From contig OZ244999.1 in NCBI GenBank assembly GCA_965223265.1, positions 2,784,001 to 2,848,000 of the forward strand: a DNA stretch of 64,000 nt, read 5' to 3'. This document shows, one piece after another, positions 9,237 to 19,380 of the stretch; positions within the stretch are counted from its first letter, which is position 1; each line of letters opens with the position of its first letter. The stretch comes from Planctomycetota bacterium (GTDB lineage: Bacteria; Planctomycetota; UBA8108; SXIK01). The notes beneath the pieces are model-generated. The model worked only from the letters and a program-made list of their open reading frames with translations, did no database searches and was not told where the DNA came from. A program made the position numbers and the translations under genes.

Positions 9237-9416
9237 ATGACAAAGAAAAAGAAGAAAAGAGGACGACCCAAGGTCGCGAGATCAAAGTTCAAAGGCAAGA
9301 TTGTCAACCTCCGCGTCACCGACGCGGAACATCGATTGATCACCCGCGTCGCCAGGCGCGAGGGACTCACCGTGGCGGAGTGGATGCGGCGGTTGATTCT
9401 GGCGGCGGCGGAATAG
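9237..9416 (+). CDS. Ribbon-helix-helix DNA-binding protein (59 aa, absent from ORF track)
   Basis: MTKKKKKRGRPKVARSKFKGKIVNLRVTDAEHRLITRVARREGLTVAEWMRRLILAAAE, with an RGRP AT-hook-like segment followed by an RHH pattern. Confidence 0.8.
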   Translation: MTKKKKKRGRPKVARSKFKGKIVNLRVTDAEHRLITRVARREGLTVAEWMRRLILAAAE

Positions 9417-10370
9417 CTGCGTAGAGTGCATGGGTCCGGCGAACCGCGTCGGTACAGCGCACTTCTGTTCGGCTCGCCGACGGGAACACCCCCTGCTACC
9501 TCACCGCGTCAACTTTTTTCACCGTTTCATCTACGTGCGCGACGCCACGCCTTCGAGCAAGAATTCAATCCGAGGACGTCGTTCAAGAAGCTTTGCTCAA
9601 GGTGTTCGAACGCGCTCGTGTTTTTCGTGGATCTGATGAGAGAAGCCACTGGAGCTGGCTGACGAGCATCTCTGGGCACCTGATCTCGAACGCTTCACGC
9701 GAAGATCCTTTCCGGGGAAATCGCTCACGTTGGAGGATTCTCGTTGGGGGCGTCCTGCGCCGCTTCCAGGCGATCAGATCGACGGCGTAAGGTGCAAGCG
9801 CGTGGCGGCCAACCGAGCCTCTCCTTAGTACTTCGCCGGTCCCCCGGCGCTGACTGAAGTTTCGATCTGCAACGCAGAAGAACTCTGCGAGGAGGATTCT
9901 CACCTTTAACGTCAACGCTTTCTTTGCCGCTGCAATCGAAACGCCGGAGGCGCTGTTTCCTGCCGTTGAGAGGAGCCCGATCTGGCGGCGAGCCTGTGAC
10001 CGAAGCCAAGATCAGAAGAAGTCCCCATTCCCGAAAGTCGTGCGGACGTCCAAGCACCATCACTCGAGCCTTCCGTCCTGGGAAGGACTCTTTCGCTGAG
10101 GTGTCGGACCACTGGTACGCCGGTGAGTCGGACGGAAATTCATGATTGATTCTTCCTCAATCCATGACAACCTTTGTTCAGTCGATTCCTGATACGCGGA
10201 TTGCTTCATGAACCAAGAATCATCTTCAGTCATCCGTCTTGTGCATCTCTGTTCGTGCACTCAGCTTGGAAAGGATTGCGACTGGTGCCAGATACGGTCA
10301 CAGTGGCTGCATTCGCAGTGGCGCTGCCGCTGCGTGCGGCTGAAAGTTCAAGCTTAGTTCAGGAAGAACA

Positions 10371-10904
10371 GTGGTGATTCCAGACGTTACACTCCATGTC
10401 GAGGAAACGGACGATCCCGCGTTCGCACGGTTTGTGCTCGCCGCCTTGCACCGGCTTGGTGAGCTCTACGAACCAGTGGCGAGTTACGTCGTGAGAATCG
10501 ACAACTGGTTCAGCCAGCGGTGGCTGCGGTTTTCTCACAAGTGTCTCGGGTCGTTCGGAGTCGCTTCTTCAGAACTTGTGATTCCTCCGTTCGTTCCGAA
10601 TCGTGTCGTCTCAGAAGATTTCTTCGGCCGACTCACCGACGAGCCAATCGCGCTGCACCGCCACCAAACCAGCAGCTCCAACGCGTCAAGAAGACTGAAG
10701 AGTCTGGTGCCCCAAGCAGCCTTGTTCTGGTGGAGCGGTGGCTCCAAGGCGAACGGTCGCGGCTCGCTAATGGCCTATCTGCCGACGATTGAGGGGCACG
10801 TACCAACGTACGTCGAGCTGAAACGCGGTGAGGTGTGGTCTGTCGTCACATGCGTTGGCGTCGATAGCCGCGTTCTCCGCGAGATACTCAACACCGAATG
10901 TTGA
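10371..10904 (+). CDS. Hypothetical protein
   Basis: 177-aa ORF with protein-like composition (VRIDNWF..RWL.FS) and AGGA RBS. Confidence 0.65.
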   Translation: MVIPDVTLHVEETDDPAFARFVLAALHRLGELYEPVASYVVRIDNWFSQRWLRFSHKCLGSFGVASSELVIPPFVPNRVVSEDFFGRLTDEPIALHRHQTSSSNASRRLKSLVPQAALFWWSGGSKANGRGSLMAYLPTIEGHVPTYVELKRGEVWSVVTCVGVDSRVLREILNTEC

Positions 10905-10918
10905 GCCGATCGCGCAAA

Positions 10919-13900
10919 CTACCACCCCAACCCCACCGACGCCAACTCCTCCCGGATCGCCGCGATGTCCCACAGGCGCACCTGTCTTTCGCGCAAGACG
11001 AGGACTCCCAGATTGTTGCCGTCTGGGGTGAACTGGATGCGGGCGACCGGTGCTTGGAACGTGCGCTGAAAGAGCGGTTCCCACTCGTTGCCTTTCCGCC
11101 GGAGCAGCCGGACTGTTCGATCTCGTCCGGCCGTTGCGATCAGGTTCGCCGCGGGGGAGATGGCGACGGAATTGACACGCACGGAGTGCGACGGGAGTCG
11201 TACCCCTTCCGTGAGTCTCAGACTTTCGTCGACCTGTACGGTGAAGACTTTCCCGGAGTCTGTTCCGACTACGAGCTCGGCTCCGTCCGCGCTTGCCGAC
11301 ATTGCGGTGATTGGATTGGAGCGCGACGTCGAGAGTATGTGGCTGACTTGGCCGTCGGAATCGAGTGTCTTAAGGAGTCCGTTGTCTCCTCCGATGGCCG
11401 CATAGCGCTCAAGCACAACGGCTGCACCTATGCCGGGGACTCCTGCCTCGTCGGTGTTGGTAAAGACCGTAGTGGTCTCTGACTCGCCCGGTAGCCAGCG
11501 AACGAGCTTGTGGCCGTGTCCTTCCCCGCAGGCTGCCCACAGCACTCCGCGGGCGAAAGTCAGCGACTTCGTTCTTCTCTCCATCGTTGGGCGCAAGACG
11601 GCCGTGTGTCCAGGGCGCCAAATAGCTAGCGGACTCACACGATGGTCGTCATCTTGCTCCATGTAGAACGCGACGAAATCTTCATCTGCACTTAGCGCGA
11701 CGAAGGCCGGTTTGTCCAGAAGACTAGCTGTCGTTGTTTTCGACGCAACCGGGCCGACATGTGGCGCGTTACGAGTACTCCAAAGAGCGACGACGTTTTC
11801 CGACTCGTCACTGCTGACCGTCGCCATGGAGTCGCCCGACTTCGAGAAGGCAAACGACCGGACAGGACGCTCCTGGACGGCGACTGATCGAAACGGAACT
11901 CGCGAGCTTCCTACGCGTGAGATTTCTGGTTTTCCTACTTTGTAGACTATGCTCTCGAGATTCTCGGTCACAGCAAGTCGGTGGCCGTCGGGACTGAAGG
12001 CTATGAAGACGTTTCCCATCCCGGCCACGGGAATTCGCGCCAGCAACTCACCCGTTCCTCGATGCCATAGCTTCGCGGAACCGTCATTGGAACCTGAGAC
12101 GAGCAGCACTTCGTCAGTGCTCAGGTCGAGGCTGCGAATGTCTTCCGTCCTCGCGTGCGCGTACCCAAGATGAGGATCACGAAAAGTCTGGAATTCGACC
12201 ATGTCTGTGTCGACACAGACCAAATCACCGTTCGAGCCGAGGACGAGATTCCCAGTTGACGGGATGAAGAGAAACTTGTTGATCCCTACCTTGAAGCGAT
12301 TGAATGGTCGACGGGTATGCTTTCCGATGCTGGGATCTTGAAACTGTACGAGCCCGTCATTCCCGGCCCAAAACACGATTCCAGTGGTCGGCGCTGCTCG
12401 AACTTCTCCGGCCATCCCTGGATAGGCGTACGAGAAACTCCAAATAACCTCACCAGATTGATCGTCGATGGCTCTGATGAAGTGACCATCTGAGATCAGG
12501 AGAACGTTTGGCGTCGGCGTGAGTTTGATGTCCCGCACCCAACCGGTCATGTGGGTTAGCTGGGTAAACTCCTCAGGGACGTCAACATCCCTCCACGAAA
12601 GGATAGCCCTCGACCGTACGCCCACGAACAATCCGCGGCTGTCCCGCGCGAACTGAAGCGCGCGCACGCCGCGAGCCGAGAGAGGAAGAGTAAGCTCCTT
12701 ATGTTCCTTCCCGGTGACAGGATCGTACAGCTTCACAGAGCACGGCCCCTCTCGCACGTTCTGACCGATCGCGAGGCGTCGACCGTCTGGACTGAACGCA
12801 AGGGTGTAGGCATCGATTCCTACTGCTAAGGTGTGTTCCTTCTCGAGGTCGTACATGGACGAGACGCTCAAGTAGAGACTCCGCAGTTCGTAGTCGTCGC
12901 GAGCGTCGATGTCTGCTGCCGTGAGATCGTGAAACGATGCGAGGGTCTGGCTGCGGAACCCCAGACGCGGGTCGTGAAGGAGCGTACGGATGTCGCTAAT
13001 CGCCGCGTAGTAGTCTCCGATTCGCTTGTCTCTGGCCAGCAAGAAGCTCCATATGGCGAACGCCGAGAGCGCCGCGAGCAGCGCAAGGGTGACGACGGTC
13101 ATCGGACGACGTTTGCAGAACTTACGCGCTCGGTAGCCGAGAGAGGGCGGCGTCGCTTCGACGGGGAGACCGTGCAAGAATCGTTCGACGTCCGCCTTGA
13201 GCGCCAGCGCCGAATCGTATCGTCGCCCGCGTTCAAGCGCTGTGGAGGTCATAACGATGTTGTCGAGATCCGCCTTGATGCCTCTTGCCGTGGACGCCTT
13301 TGAAGCGACCTTGCTTGGGAGCGTCAGGTTGCCCTCCAAGATTTGCGCTCGCATCGACTTCTCACTCCGCGTCCATGGCAGTCGATCGGTAAGGATTTCA
13401 TAGAGAACGATCCCGAGTGAATAGACGTCATCTATGACATCCTCTGAGTGATCGGGCTCATCGATGCGCTCAGGGCTCATATAGACGAGCGTTCCGATCG
13501 GCTGCCCTTCGCGGGTCAGGTGATCCGTCGAGTCCATCGTCTTAGCGATCCCAAAATCGAGGATGCGCGGGATCGGTGGCTTTGGTTCGCGCTGGATCAG
13601 TATGTTCCCTGGTTTCAGGTCGCGGTGGATGACGCCCTTTTGGTGGATGCTGTGGACGCCTTCGCACACCTGGCAGAAAAGACGCAGGCGTGCGTCGAGC
13701 GCGATGTTTTCCTCACGGCAGTAGTCCGTGATCGTCGGGCCGTCGATGAGGTCCATGACCAAGTAAGGGCGTTTGTCCGGGAGTCTCCCGGAGTCGTGTA
13801 CCGTGGCGACGTAGGGCGACGAGAGCCCAGCAAGGATTTCCCCCTCGAGGAGAAATCTCTGCGTCATACGATCGGAGGGACTCGCGATCACTTTGATCGC

Positions 13901-14209
13901 GACTGGGCGTTTGAGATTTGCCTGTTTGGCGCGATAGACGACTCCCATACCGCCACGCCCAATTTGCTCCACTATGTGGTACTGGTCGATCTCCGATCCG
14001 ACGAGGTCCGCCGGTGCGGCGGCCGCGCTCGCAAATGCATCGGTCTTCAAGATCGATGGCATTCTATGATAAGCGCGAATCAACTGTCGGGCATCCTCGA
14101 CCTCGGCGCTCTTGCCGTAGGTTGTTTCGAGCTGGCGGATCGCTTCGTCTTCCGGCAGATGAAGGAGTGAACCGACGATGCGGTCGACGGCGCTGCGATC
14201 AATCGGCAT
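10919..14209 (-). CDS. Ser/Thr protein kinase with TM segment and WD40 repeats
   Basis: GRGGMGVVY, VAIK, HRDLKPGN, DFG and GTLVYMSPE motifs; repeated AFSPDG..LA and VRLWD. Confidence 0.93.
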   Translation of the reverse strand: MPIDRSAVDRIVGSLLHLPEDEAIRQLETTYGKSAEVEDARQLIRAYHRMPSILKTDAFASAAAAPADLVGSEIDQYHIVEQIGRGGMGVVYRAKQANLKRPVAIKVIASPSDRMTQRFLLEGEILAGLSSPYVATVHDSGRLPDKRPYLVMDLIDGPTITDYCREENIALDARLRLFCQVCEGVHSIHQKGVIHRDLKPGNILIQREPKPPIPRILDFGIAKTMDSTDHLTREGQPIGTLVYMSPERIDEPDHSEDVIDDVYSLGIVLYEILTDRLPWTRSEKSMRAQILEGNLTLPSKVASKASTARGIKADLDNIVMTSTALERGRRYDSALALKADVERFLHGLPVEATPPSLGYRARKFCKRRPMTVVTLALLAALSAFAIWSFLLARDKRIGDYYAAISDIRTLLHDPRLGFRSQTLASFHDLTAADIDARDDYELRSLYLSVSSMYDLEKEHTLAVGIDAYTLAFSPDGRRLAIGQNVREGPCSVKLYDPVTGKEHKELTLPLSARGVRALQFARDSRGLFVGVRSRAILSWRDVDVPEEFTQLTHMTGWVRDIKLTPTPNVLLISDGHFIRAIDDQSGEVIWSFSYAYPGMAGEVRAAPTTGIVFWAGNDGLVQFQDPSIGKHTRRPFNRFKVGINKFLFIPSTGNLVLGSNGDLVCVDTDMVEFQTFRDPHLGYAHARTEDIRSLDLSTDEVLLVSGSNDGSAKLWHRGTGELLARIPVAGMGNVFIAFSPDGHRLAVTENLESIVYKVGKPEISRVGSSRVPFRSVAVQERPVRSFAFSKSGDSMATVSSDESENVVALWSTRNAPHVGPVASKTTTASLLDKPAFVALSADEDFVAFYMEQDDDHRVSPLAIWRPGHTAVLRPTMERRTKSLTFARGVLWAACGEGHGHKLVRWLPGESETTTVFTNTDEAGVPGIGAAVVLERYAAIGGDNGLLKTLDSDGQVSHILSTSRSNPITAMSASADGAELVVGTDSGKVFTVQVDESLRLTEGVRLPSHSVRVNSVAISPAANLIATAGRDRTVRLLRRKGNEWEPLFQRTFQAPVARIQFTPDGNNLGVLVLRERQVRLWDIAAIREELASVGLGW

Positions 14210-14780
14210 CGTATGAGGCCAGGAGACGCGAGAGTTTCGCTTTGGCGAGGCGGTTATCGCGCTCGATAGTTCCGAGTGAGACGTCGAGGCACTTTGCGAT
14301 TTCTTCCATGGTCAGTCCCGCGAAGAAGCGAAGTTCGACGACCGAGAGCTGGCGTTCGTTCTCGTCTCCCAGCGTGGTGAGCGCAGCATCCAGGTCGATG
14401 AGCTCGTCAGCGGAGTAGCCGCGGCGCTCGCCGATTCCGGAGAGTGCCGTTCGCTCTTCGATGTGCTCACGCTTTTGCGCCTTGCGGTATCGTGCGCGGT
14501 CGACGAGAAAGTGCCGCATGGCCCGCGCCACGTAACGTAGAAGTTCCTCTGGGCCGCGTCCAGAGGATTTCCCTTTGACGCGCAGGAACACTTCGTGCAC
14601 GAGCTCGCAGGAGTCGATCGTTGGGCGAAACTCTGCCGCAAGCATCGAACGCGCGAGTTGCCGCAGGTCGCTATAGAGCGCTTCGAAGACGGCGTTCGTC
14701 GGTGTAGATCCCTCAGCCCAAGCGAGTTGGGCCAGCGAACGTCGTATGCGTGTGACCAGATCATGGTCGTCGACGGCCAT
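14199..14780 (-). CDS. ECF sigma factor, TIGR02999 (kinase-associated) type
   Basis: LY.DLRQLAR, LVHEVFLR, ARAMRHFLVDRAR..KAQKR and VVELRFFAGLT.EEIA; overlaps the kinase start. Confidence 0.92.
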   Translation of the reverse strand: MAVDDHDLVTRIRRSLAQLAWAEGSTPTNAVFEALYSDLRQLARSMLAAEFRPTIDSCELVHEVFLRVKGKSSGRGPEELLRYVARAMRHFLVDRARYRKAQKREHIEERTALSGIGERRGYSADELIDLDAALTTLGDENERQLSVVELRFFAGLTMEEIAKCLDVSLGTIERDNRLAKAKLSRLLASYDAD

Positions 14781-14930
14781 TGATCAACCTTGCCCCGCCG
14801 ATCTCTCGATTTTTTGTTAAGGGTGAGGAGCGGTTCTTACGCCTTATTCGGTAGTGGAGCATCTTACTCCACTGCGGGGCATGTGTGGGAGCGCGTTCTA
14901 CGCGGGTTCTTTTCGTTCGGTTTGGGTGGG

Positions 14931-17900
14931 ATGAAATCGATGGAATGTACGCGATGGTCGGCGGCGAGTTACGTCGCCTTGTGGATCTCTCTTGGGTCGT
15001 TTGTCGCTTGTTTGCAGCCGGTTTGGGCACAGTCGAACTTTAGGCGGGGCGACTCGAACGTCGACGCCGATTTCGACATCAGTGACCCGATCTTCACGTT
15101 GAGTTTTCTGTTTGTGGCTGGCTCGGCCGCGCCGGAGTGCCGGGACGCAGCGGACTCGAACGACGACGGCGAGCTCGACATCTCCGACCCGATTCATTCA
15201 CTTTCGTATCTGTTCGCCAGTGGTGGAGCTCCTCCGGCGCCGTTTCAGGTGTGCGGAACTGATCCGACCGCGGACGAGCTGGAGTGTGTACGCTTTGTCG
15301 TGTGCCCATCCGTCCCGCCGCCGTCGCCGACGATTCTGCCGCTCGAGCGAGTGACGCGGGACGACGCCGTCGAGGTCTCAGGCACGGCAGAGCCGGGGAC
15401 GTCGATCGAAGTGGTGACGGGAGACCAGATCGTTCGCGGTGACGCTGCGGATGGATCGTACTCTCTGACTGTTCCACTTCACGAGAACCGACTGAATCGA
15501 CTGTTCGTGACGGCGGTGACGTTCGACGGCGTGAGAAGCGCCCCGGCGACGGCGCAGGTCACGCAGGATGGGCAGCGTCCGTCCGTTTTCATCGATTTTC
15601 CCGCACAGAGCTCGCAGCTTCCGCTTTCGGAGGTGACGGTGGTCGGTCGCGTCAGCGACATGCTGAGTGGATTCATGGGGCTCGACGTGACCGTCAACGG
15701 CCAGGCTGCCAACGTAGACATCGGTATAGGGACCAACGGGACGTTCGAGCGGGCGGACGTGCCTCTGGTGCTCGGCGCGAACCTGATCACGGTGGTTGCC
15801 ACGGACGGCGTCGGGAACCAGGCGATGAAGAGTATCAGCGTTACGCGAATTGAAGCGACCGGGCCAAGGCTCGAGATCGTTTCGGGAAACAATCAGAGCG
15901 GGGAGGTGCAAAGCACTCTCGCCGATCCTCTGGTGGTTCGGTTTGTCGAGGAAGATGGGACGCCGGTGTCCGACACATCCCTGGTGTTTCGAGTCAAGCG
16001 TAGTGACGGTGTTCTCTCGCTGGCCGAGAACGGTGAGACAACACGTCGCCTTGAGATGACAACCGACGCAGCGGGCGAAGCCAGCGTGTTCTACAAACTC
16101 GGAACCGATGCGGGCTGCGGGAACAATCGGGTCGAGGTCTCAGCAGGCCAGTCCAGTCTCTTCTTTTGTGCGACCGCCACTCCGTCGGCACCTAAGCAGA
16201 TCAACATTGGTTCGGGAAACAATCAGAGGGGCGAGGCTGGCGGACCGGCTGTTGAACCTCTCCGAGTCTGGGTCAGCGACGGGTGCAACGGGATTGTTGA
16301 TCAAGATGTAACGTTCACCGTGACAAGGGGAAGCGGCACGGTCAATGGAGCGGAGAGCGTGACTGTGCGTACGGTAGACACAGGCCATGCCGAAGTGTCC
16401 TTCGTGCTGGGCTCAGAACCAGGAAACAATGTGGTTGAGGTGAACTTTCCTGGCAATACGACCTCGCCAGCGTCCTTCGTCATCTTTGGTGTTGAAAGAG
16501 ACCAAACGCATCCTACGTCCTTCTCAGGGCTCGTACTCGACAATAGCAGCCAGCCGCTCGAAGGGGCTTCTTGTTCGCTGGTTTTTCCAGGCCAAGAGCC
16601 TTTGACCGAGATTTCCGACGTCAACGGGCAGTTCCGCTTTCCCGACGTGCCAGGTGCAGGTGCCGCTCATCTACACGTGAACGGACTCTCTGTGAATCAC
16701 CTTGGAGGGGAAAACGGAAGGTCGGTCGATCCCGGCAGCTTCCCTGCTCTTTCGTATGAAGTCTGCTTAGTTCCGAACGCAGAGAACTCGCTACCGACTC
16801 CAGTTCTCCTCCCGCCACTGGATCCACGGAATGCTCGCACCTATGACGGAACACGCACGGTTGAACTGACTGTCGAGGGCATCGAGGGCCTGAAAATGAT
16901 TGTCCGGGAAGGAACAAAGGTCACGCTCCTCGACGGCTCAATCGTGGATGGAACGGACGGCAACTCAACAACTCTCGCTCTCAATCAGGTCCACCATGAT
17001 AAGGTTCCCATGCCAATGCCGGACGGAGCGGCTCCGCCGTATGCCGGGACCCTTCAACCGGCGGGCGCTACTTTCGATCCGCCCGTGCAAATCATCTATC
17101 CGAACATGAGCGGGTTGGCTCCTGGTTCGCTTACAAATTTCATGAGCTTCAATCACGATACCGAGCGATTCGAGATCATAGCGACTGGACAGGTAGATGA
17201 GGGTGGCGAAAGCATTATCAGCGATCCCGGGACAGGGATCAGCGTGGCGGGATGGCATTGTAATTGTCCGCCGTATTCGGTTACGGGGCAGTGCCACTCC
17301 TGCGTGAATGACCCACAGATTCTCAACCAGATCGCACAGTTGAAAGCTCAACAGCTTCAGAAACTCGCCGAGGCTGCTCAGCACCTTCAGGACGGGAGTA
17401 ACGCTCTGTCTCTCGCAGGCTTGCCAATTGCCCAGGCTGCTGCCCACATCTCATTCGTCGCAGCGGGGATCGCCGCATGCGGAGCACGTGGATGCCCAGT
17501 CACAGTCATCTCATGCTTGGCGTGTGCGCCGTTGATCGCACCCCTCCTTGTCGACCTCCAAACGCTAGGGCCGGGGCATGCGTTCCAGGCGGTCAGTAGA
17601 CTTGTCGAGGCTGCGTCTCACTTAGCTGACGCCGCTTCGTCGCTGGGGCTCGCCTTGGCACGTGCGATTGAAGCGATTCAATTAGCGGCCCAAATTGCGG
17701 TCTTATGCCCTCCATTGGCGGTTCAGAATACCGGGGAAGCCTTACGCAGAGCAATCGAGGCCGTCAGAAACGGAACTTTGGCAGGTCTTCAGGCAAAGAT
17801 CAACCGCCTGCAGCCGATTGCGAGTCGGCTGTTACGAGCAGTGCAAGCTATACAGGCATGCCTTGATTCGGGTTTGGTTTCTTGTGTCTTTTCGCCGTTT

Positions 17901-19370
17901 ATCGGCGGAGGTGGTGGAGCTGGGGATCAAGAGATCGATGATATCGAAGAGTTGGTTGAGTATACGGAAAGTGTAATCGCTGAACTCCAAGAGGAGTTTT
18001 CTTCTACCGACGAAGAACTCGCTTTAGTAGAAACAGGTTTGCAGTCGATTGGACATGAGTTCGACCAACTGGAACGGGACCTAGATCACAGAAACTGGCT
18101 TGTGTCGCTGGCCGGGCAGAGCATCGTTCCGAACGACGATGGAACCTTTGCTTTCCGAAACACCTCCGCTCCCGACCTCTTTGGCCCCGGCGGCCCCGGT
18201 TCCCCCCCCGACTTCCTCAGCGACGATTTCATCCGAGTTCGTGCCACCAGCACTCAGGATGGCGTCACCCGTTGGGCCTTCAGCGAGCCCTTGCAGATCC
18301 GTCAGGGAGAGATCTATATCATCGGCGATCTTACCTTCACGGATTCGCCGCCCCTCACGAACCACTCGCTGACTGCGAGGGCTCTCAGCCCAGTCCTGAC
18401 CGCCATCGATCAGATCGGTCAGCTCGAAGTCACGGCCCTCCTCTCAGACGACACCACCAAGGACGTGACCTCCCGAACCGAATGGACCGTCTACCGCACG
18501 AGCAATCCGGCAATCGTGAGCGTAGGGCCGGATGGCCTGGCAACTGCTAACGGACCTGGCCGGGCCATAGTCACGGCGGTAAATGAGGGAGCAACGGCAG
18601 TTACCCGTCTTCTCGTCGCTCCGGGCGCTGCGACGACTATCGACGGGATGGTTCAGTTGGGAGACGGGACGGTCGTGTCTGGGGCTATGGTCTCCGTGGT
18701 TGGTCAGCCAATCAGCGGAACGACGAGCCTCGATGGCTCCTTCGAGATTGGTGGCGTTGCCGCCTTTCTCGATCGTTCCCTGACTCTCGTGGCTCGCCTC
18801 AATCAGGGCGACTCAGTGCTGACGGGTTCCGTCGCAGGCATCGAATCGGTACCGGGCGGTCTGACCCATGCTGGGCTGATCACGTTGCGAGAGGCCCAGA
18901 CCGATTCAGATGGCGACGGACTTCCGGACGAAGTAGAGACATCCGTCGGCCTGAATCCGAACAGCCAGGACTCGGACGGGGACGGTGTGCTCGACGCAGA
19001 AGACGATCTGGACGAGGATCTCTTAACGAACTTCGAGGAGTTTGTGATTGGCACTGCTCTGAATGACGAGGACACAGATAGTGACGGCCTCGTAGACGGT
19101 GCGGAGTTCGAAGGGGATACCGATCCAGTCAACTATGACACCGATGGCGACAAGTTCAGTGATGGCGACGAGGTGGCGGACGGTTCGAGTCCAACTGACC
19201 CCCTTAGTCTCCCGCCGAGTCTGAACGTCGGAGTTTCAGTTGGGCAAAACTTCACCATCTTCAATAAGACCGACCCGTCCAAGAAGGTAGGAATAGCAGT
19301 CGGACCAAACTTTACAGTGGAAAACCTGGCGAGTCCTCCTGAAGGGGCCGTCGCCGAGGAGAACAAGTAG
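14931..19370 (+). CDS. Large secreted/surface protein (dockerin-like, Ig-like, Big_2 and Ca-binding TSP3-like repeats)
   Basis: Signal peptide (VWA/Q), FRRGDSN.D..DISD..DSNDDG.LDISD, SGNNQ Ig repeats and DSDGDG/DTDSDG repeats. Start codon uncertain (14931 or 14940). Confidence 0.85.
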   Translation: MKSMECTRWSAASYVALWISLGSFVACLQPVWAQSNFRRGDSNVDADFDISDPIFTLSFLFVAGSAAPECRDAADSNDDGELDISDPIHSLSYLFASGGAPPAPFQVCGTDPTADELECVRFVVCPSVPPPSPTILPLERVTRDDAVEVSGTAEPGTSIEVVTGDQIVRGDAADGSYSLTVPLHENRLNRLFVTAVTFDGVRSAPATAQVTQDGQRPSVFIDFPAQSSQLPLSEVTVVGRVSDMLSGFMGLDVTVNGQAANVDIGIGTNGTFERADVPLVLGANLITVVATDGVGNQAMKSISVTRIEATGPRLEIVSGNNQSGEVQSTLADPLVVRFVEEDGTPVSDTSLVFRVKRSDGVLSLAENGETTRRLEMTTDAAGEASVFYKLGTDAGCGNNRVEVSAGQSSLFFCATATPSAPKQINIGSGNNQRGEAGGPAVEPLRVWVSDGCNGIVDQDVTFTVTRGSGTVNGAESVTVRTVDTGHAEVSFVLGSEPGNNVVEVNFPGNTTSPASFVIFGVERDQTHPTSFSGLVLDNSSQPLEGASCSLVFPGQEPLTEISDVNGQFRFPDVPGAGAAHLHVNGLSVNHLGGENGRSVDPGSFPALSYEVCLVPNAENSLPTPVLLPPLDPRNARTYDGTRTVELTVEGIEGLKMIVREGTKVTLLDGSIVDGTDGNSTTLALNQVHHDKVPMPMPDGAAPPYAGTLQPAGATFDPPVQIIYPNMSGLAPGSLTNFMSFNHDTERFEIIATGQVDEGGESIISDPGTGISVAGWHCNCPPYSVTGQCHSCVNDPQILNQIAQLKAQQLQKLAEAAQHLQDGSNALSLAGLPIAQAAAHISFVAAGIAACGARGCPVTVISCLACAPLIAPLLVDLQTLGPGHAFQAVSRLVEAASHLADAASSLGLALARAIEAIQLAAQIAVLCPPLAVQNTGEALRRAIEAVRNGTLAGLQAKINRLQPIASRLLRAVQAIQACLDSGLVSCVFSPFIGGGGGAGDQEIDDIEELVEYTESVIAELQEEFSSTDEELALVETGLQSIGHEFDQLERDLDHRNWLVSLAGQSIVPNDDGTFAFRNTSAPDLFGPGGPGSPPDFLSDDFIRVRATSTQDGVTRWAFSEPLQIRQGEIYIIGDLTFTDSPPLTNHSLTARALSPVLTAIDQIGQLEVTALLSDDTTKDVTSRTEWTVYRTSNPAIVSVGPDGLATANGPGRAIVTAVNEGATAVTRLLVAPGAATTIDGMVQLGDGTVVSGAMVSVVGQPISGTTSLDGSFEIGGVAAFLDRSLTLVARLNQGDSVLTGSVAGIESVPGGLTHAGLITLREAQTDSDGDGLPDEVETSVGLNPNSQDSDGDGVLDAEDDLDEDLLTNFEEFVIGTALNDEDTDSDGLVDGAEFEGDTDPVNYDTDGDKFSDGDEVADGSSPTDPLSLPPSLNVGVSVGQNFTIFNKTDPSKKVGIAVGPNFTVENLASPPEGAVAEENK

Positions 19371-19380
19371 GGGGCCTCTG

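Noticed and set aside
9420-10370. Short ORFs in 9420-10370, 32930-33780 and 62650-63000
   Set aside because: No convincing RBS, motif or composition; left unannotated.
18900-19200. Asp-rich repeats as a novel DNA repeat
   Set aside because: Ordinary coding Ca-binding DxDxDG repeats.
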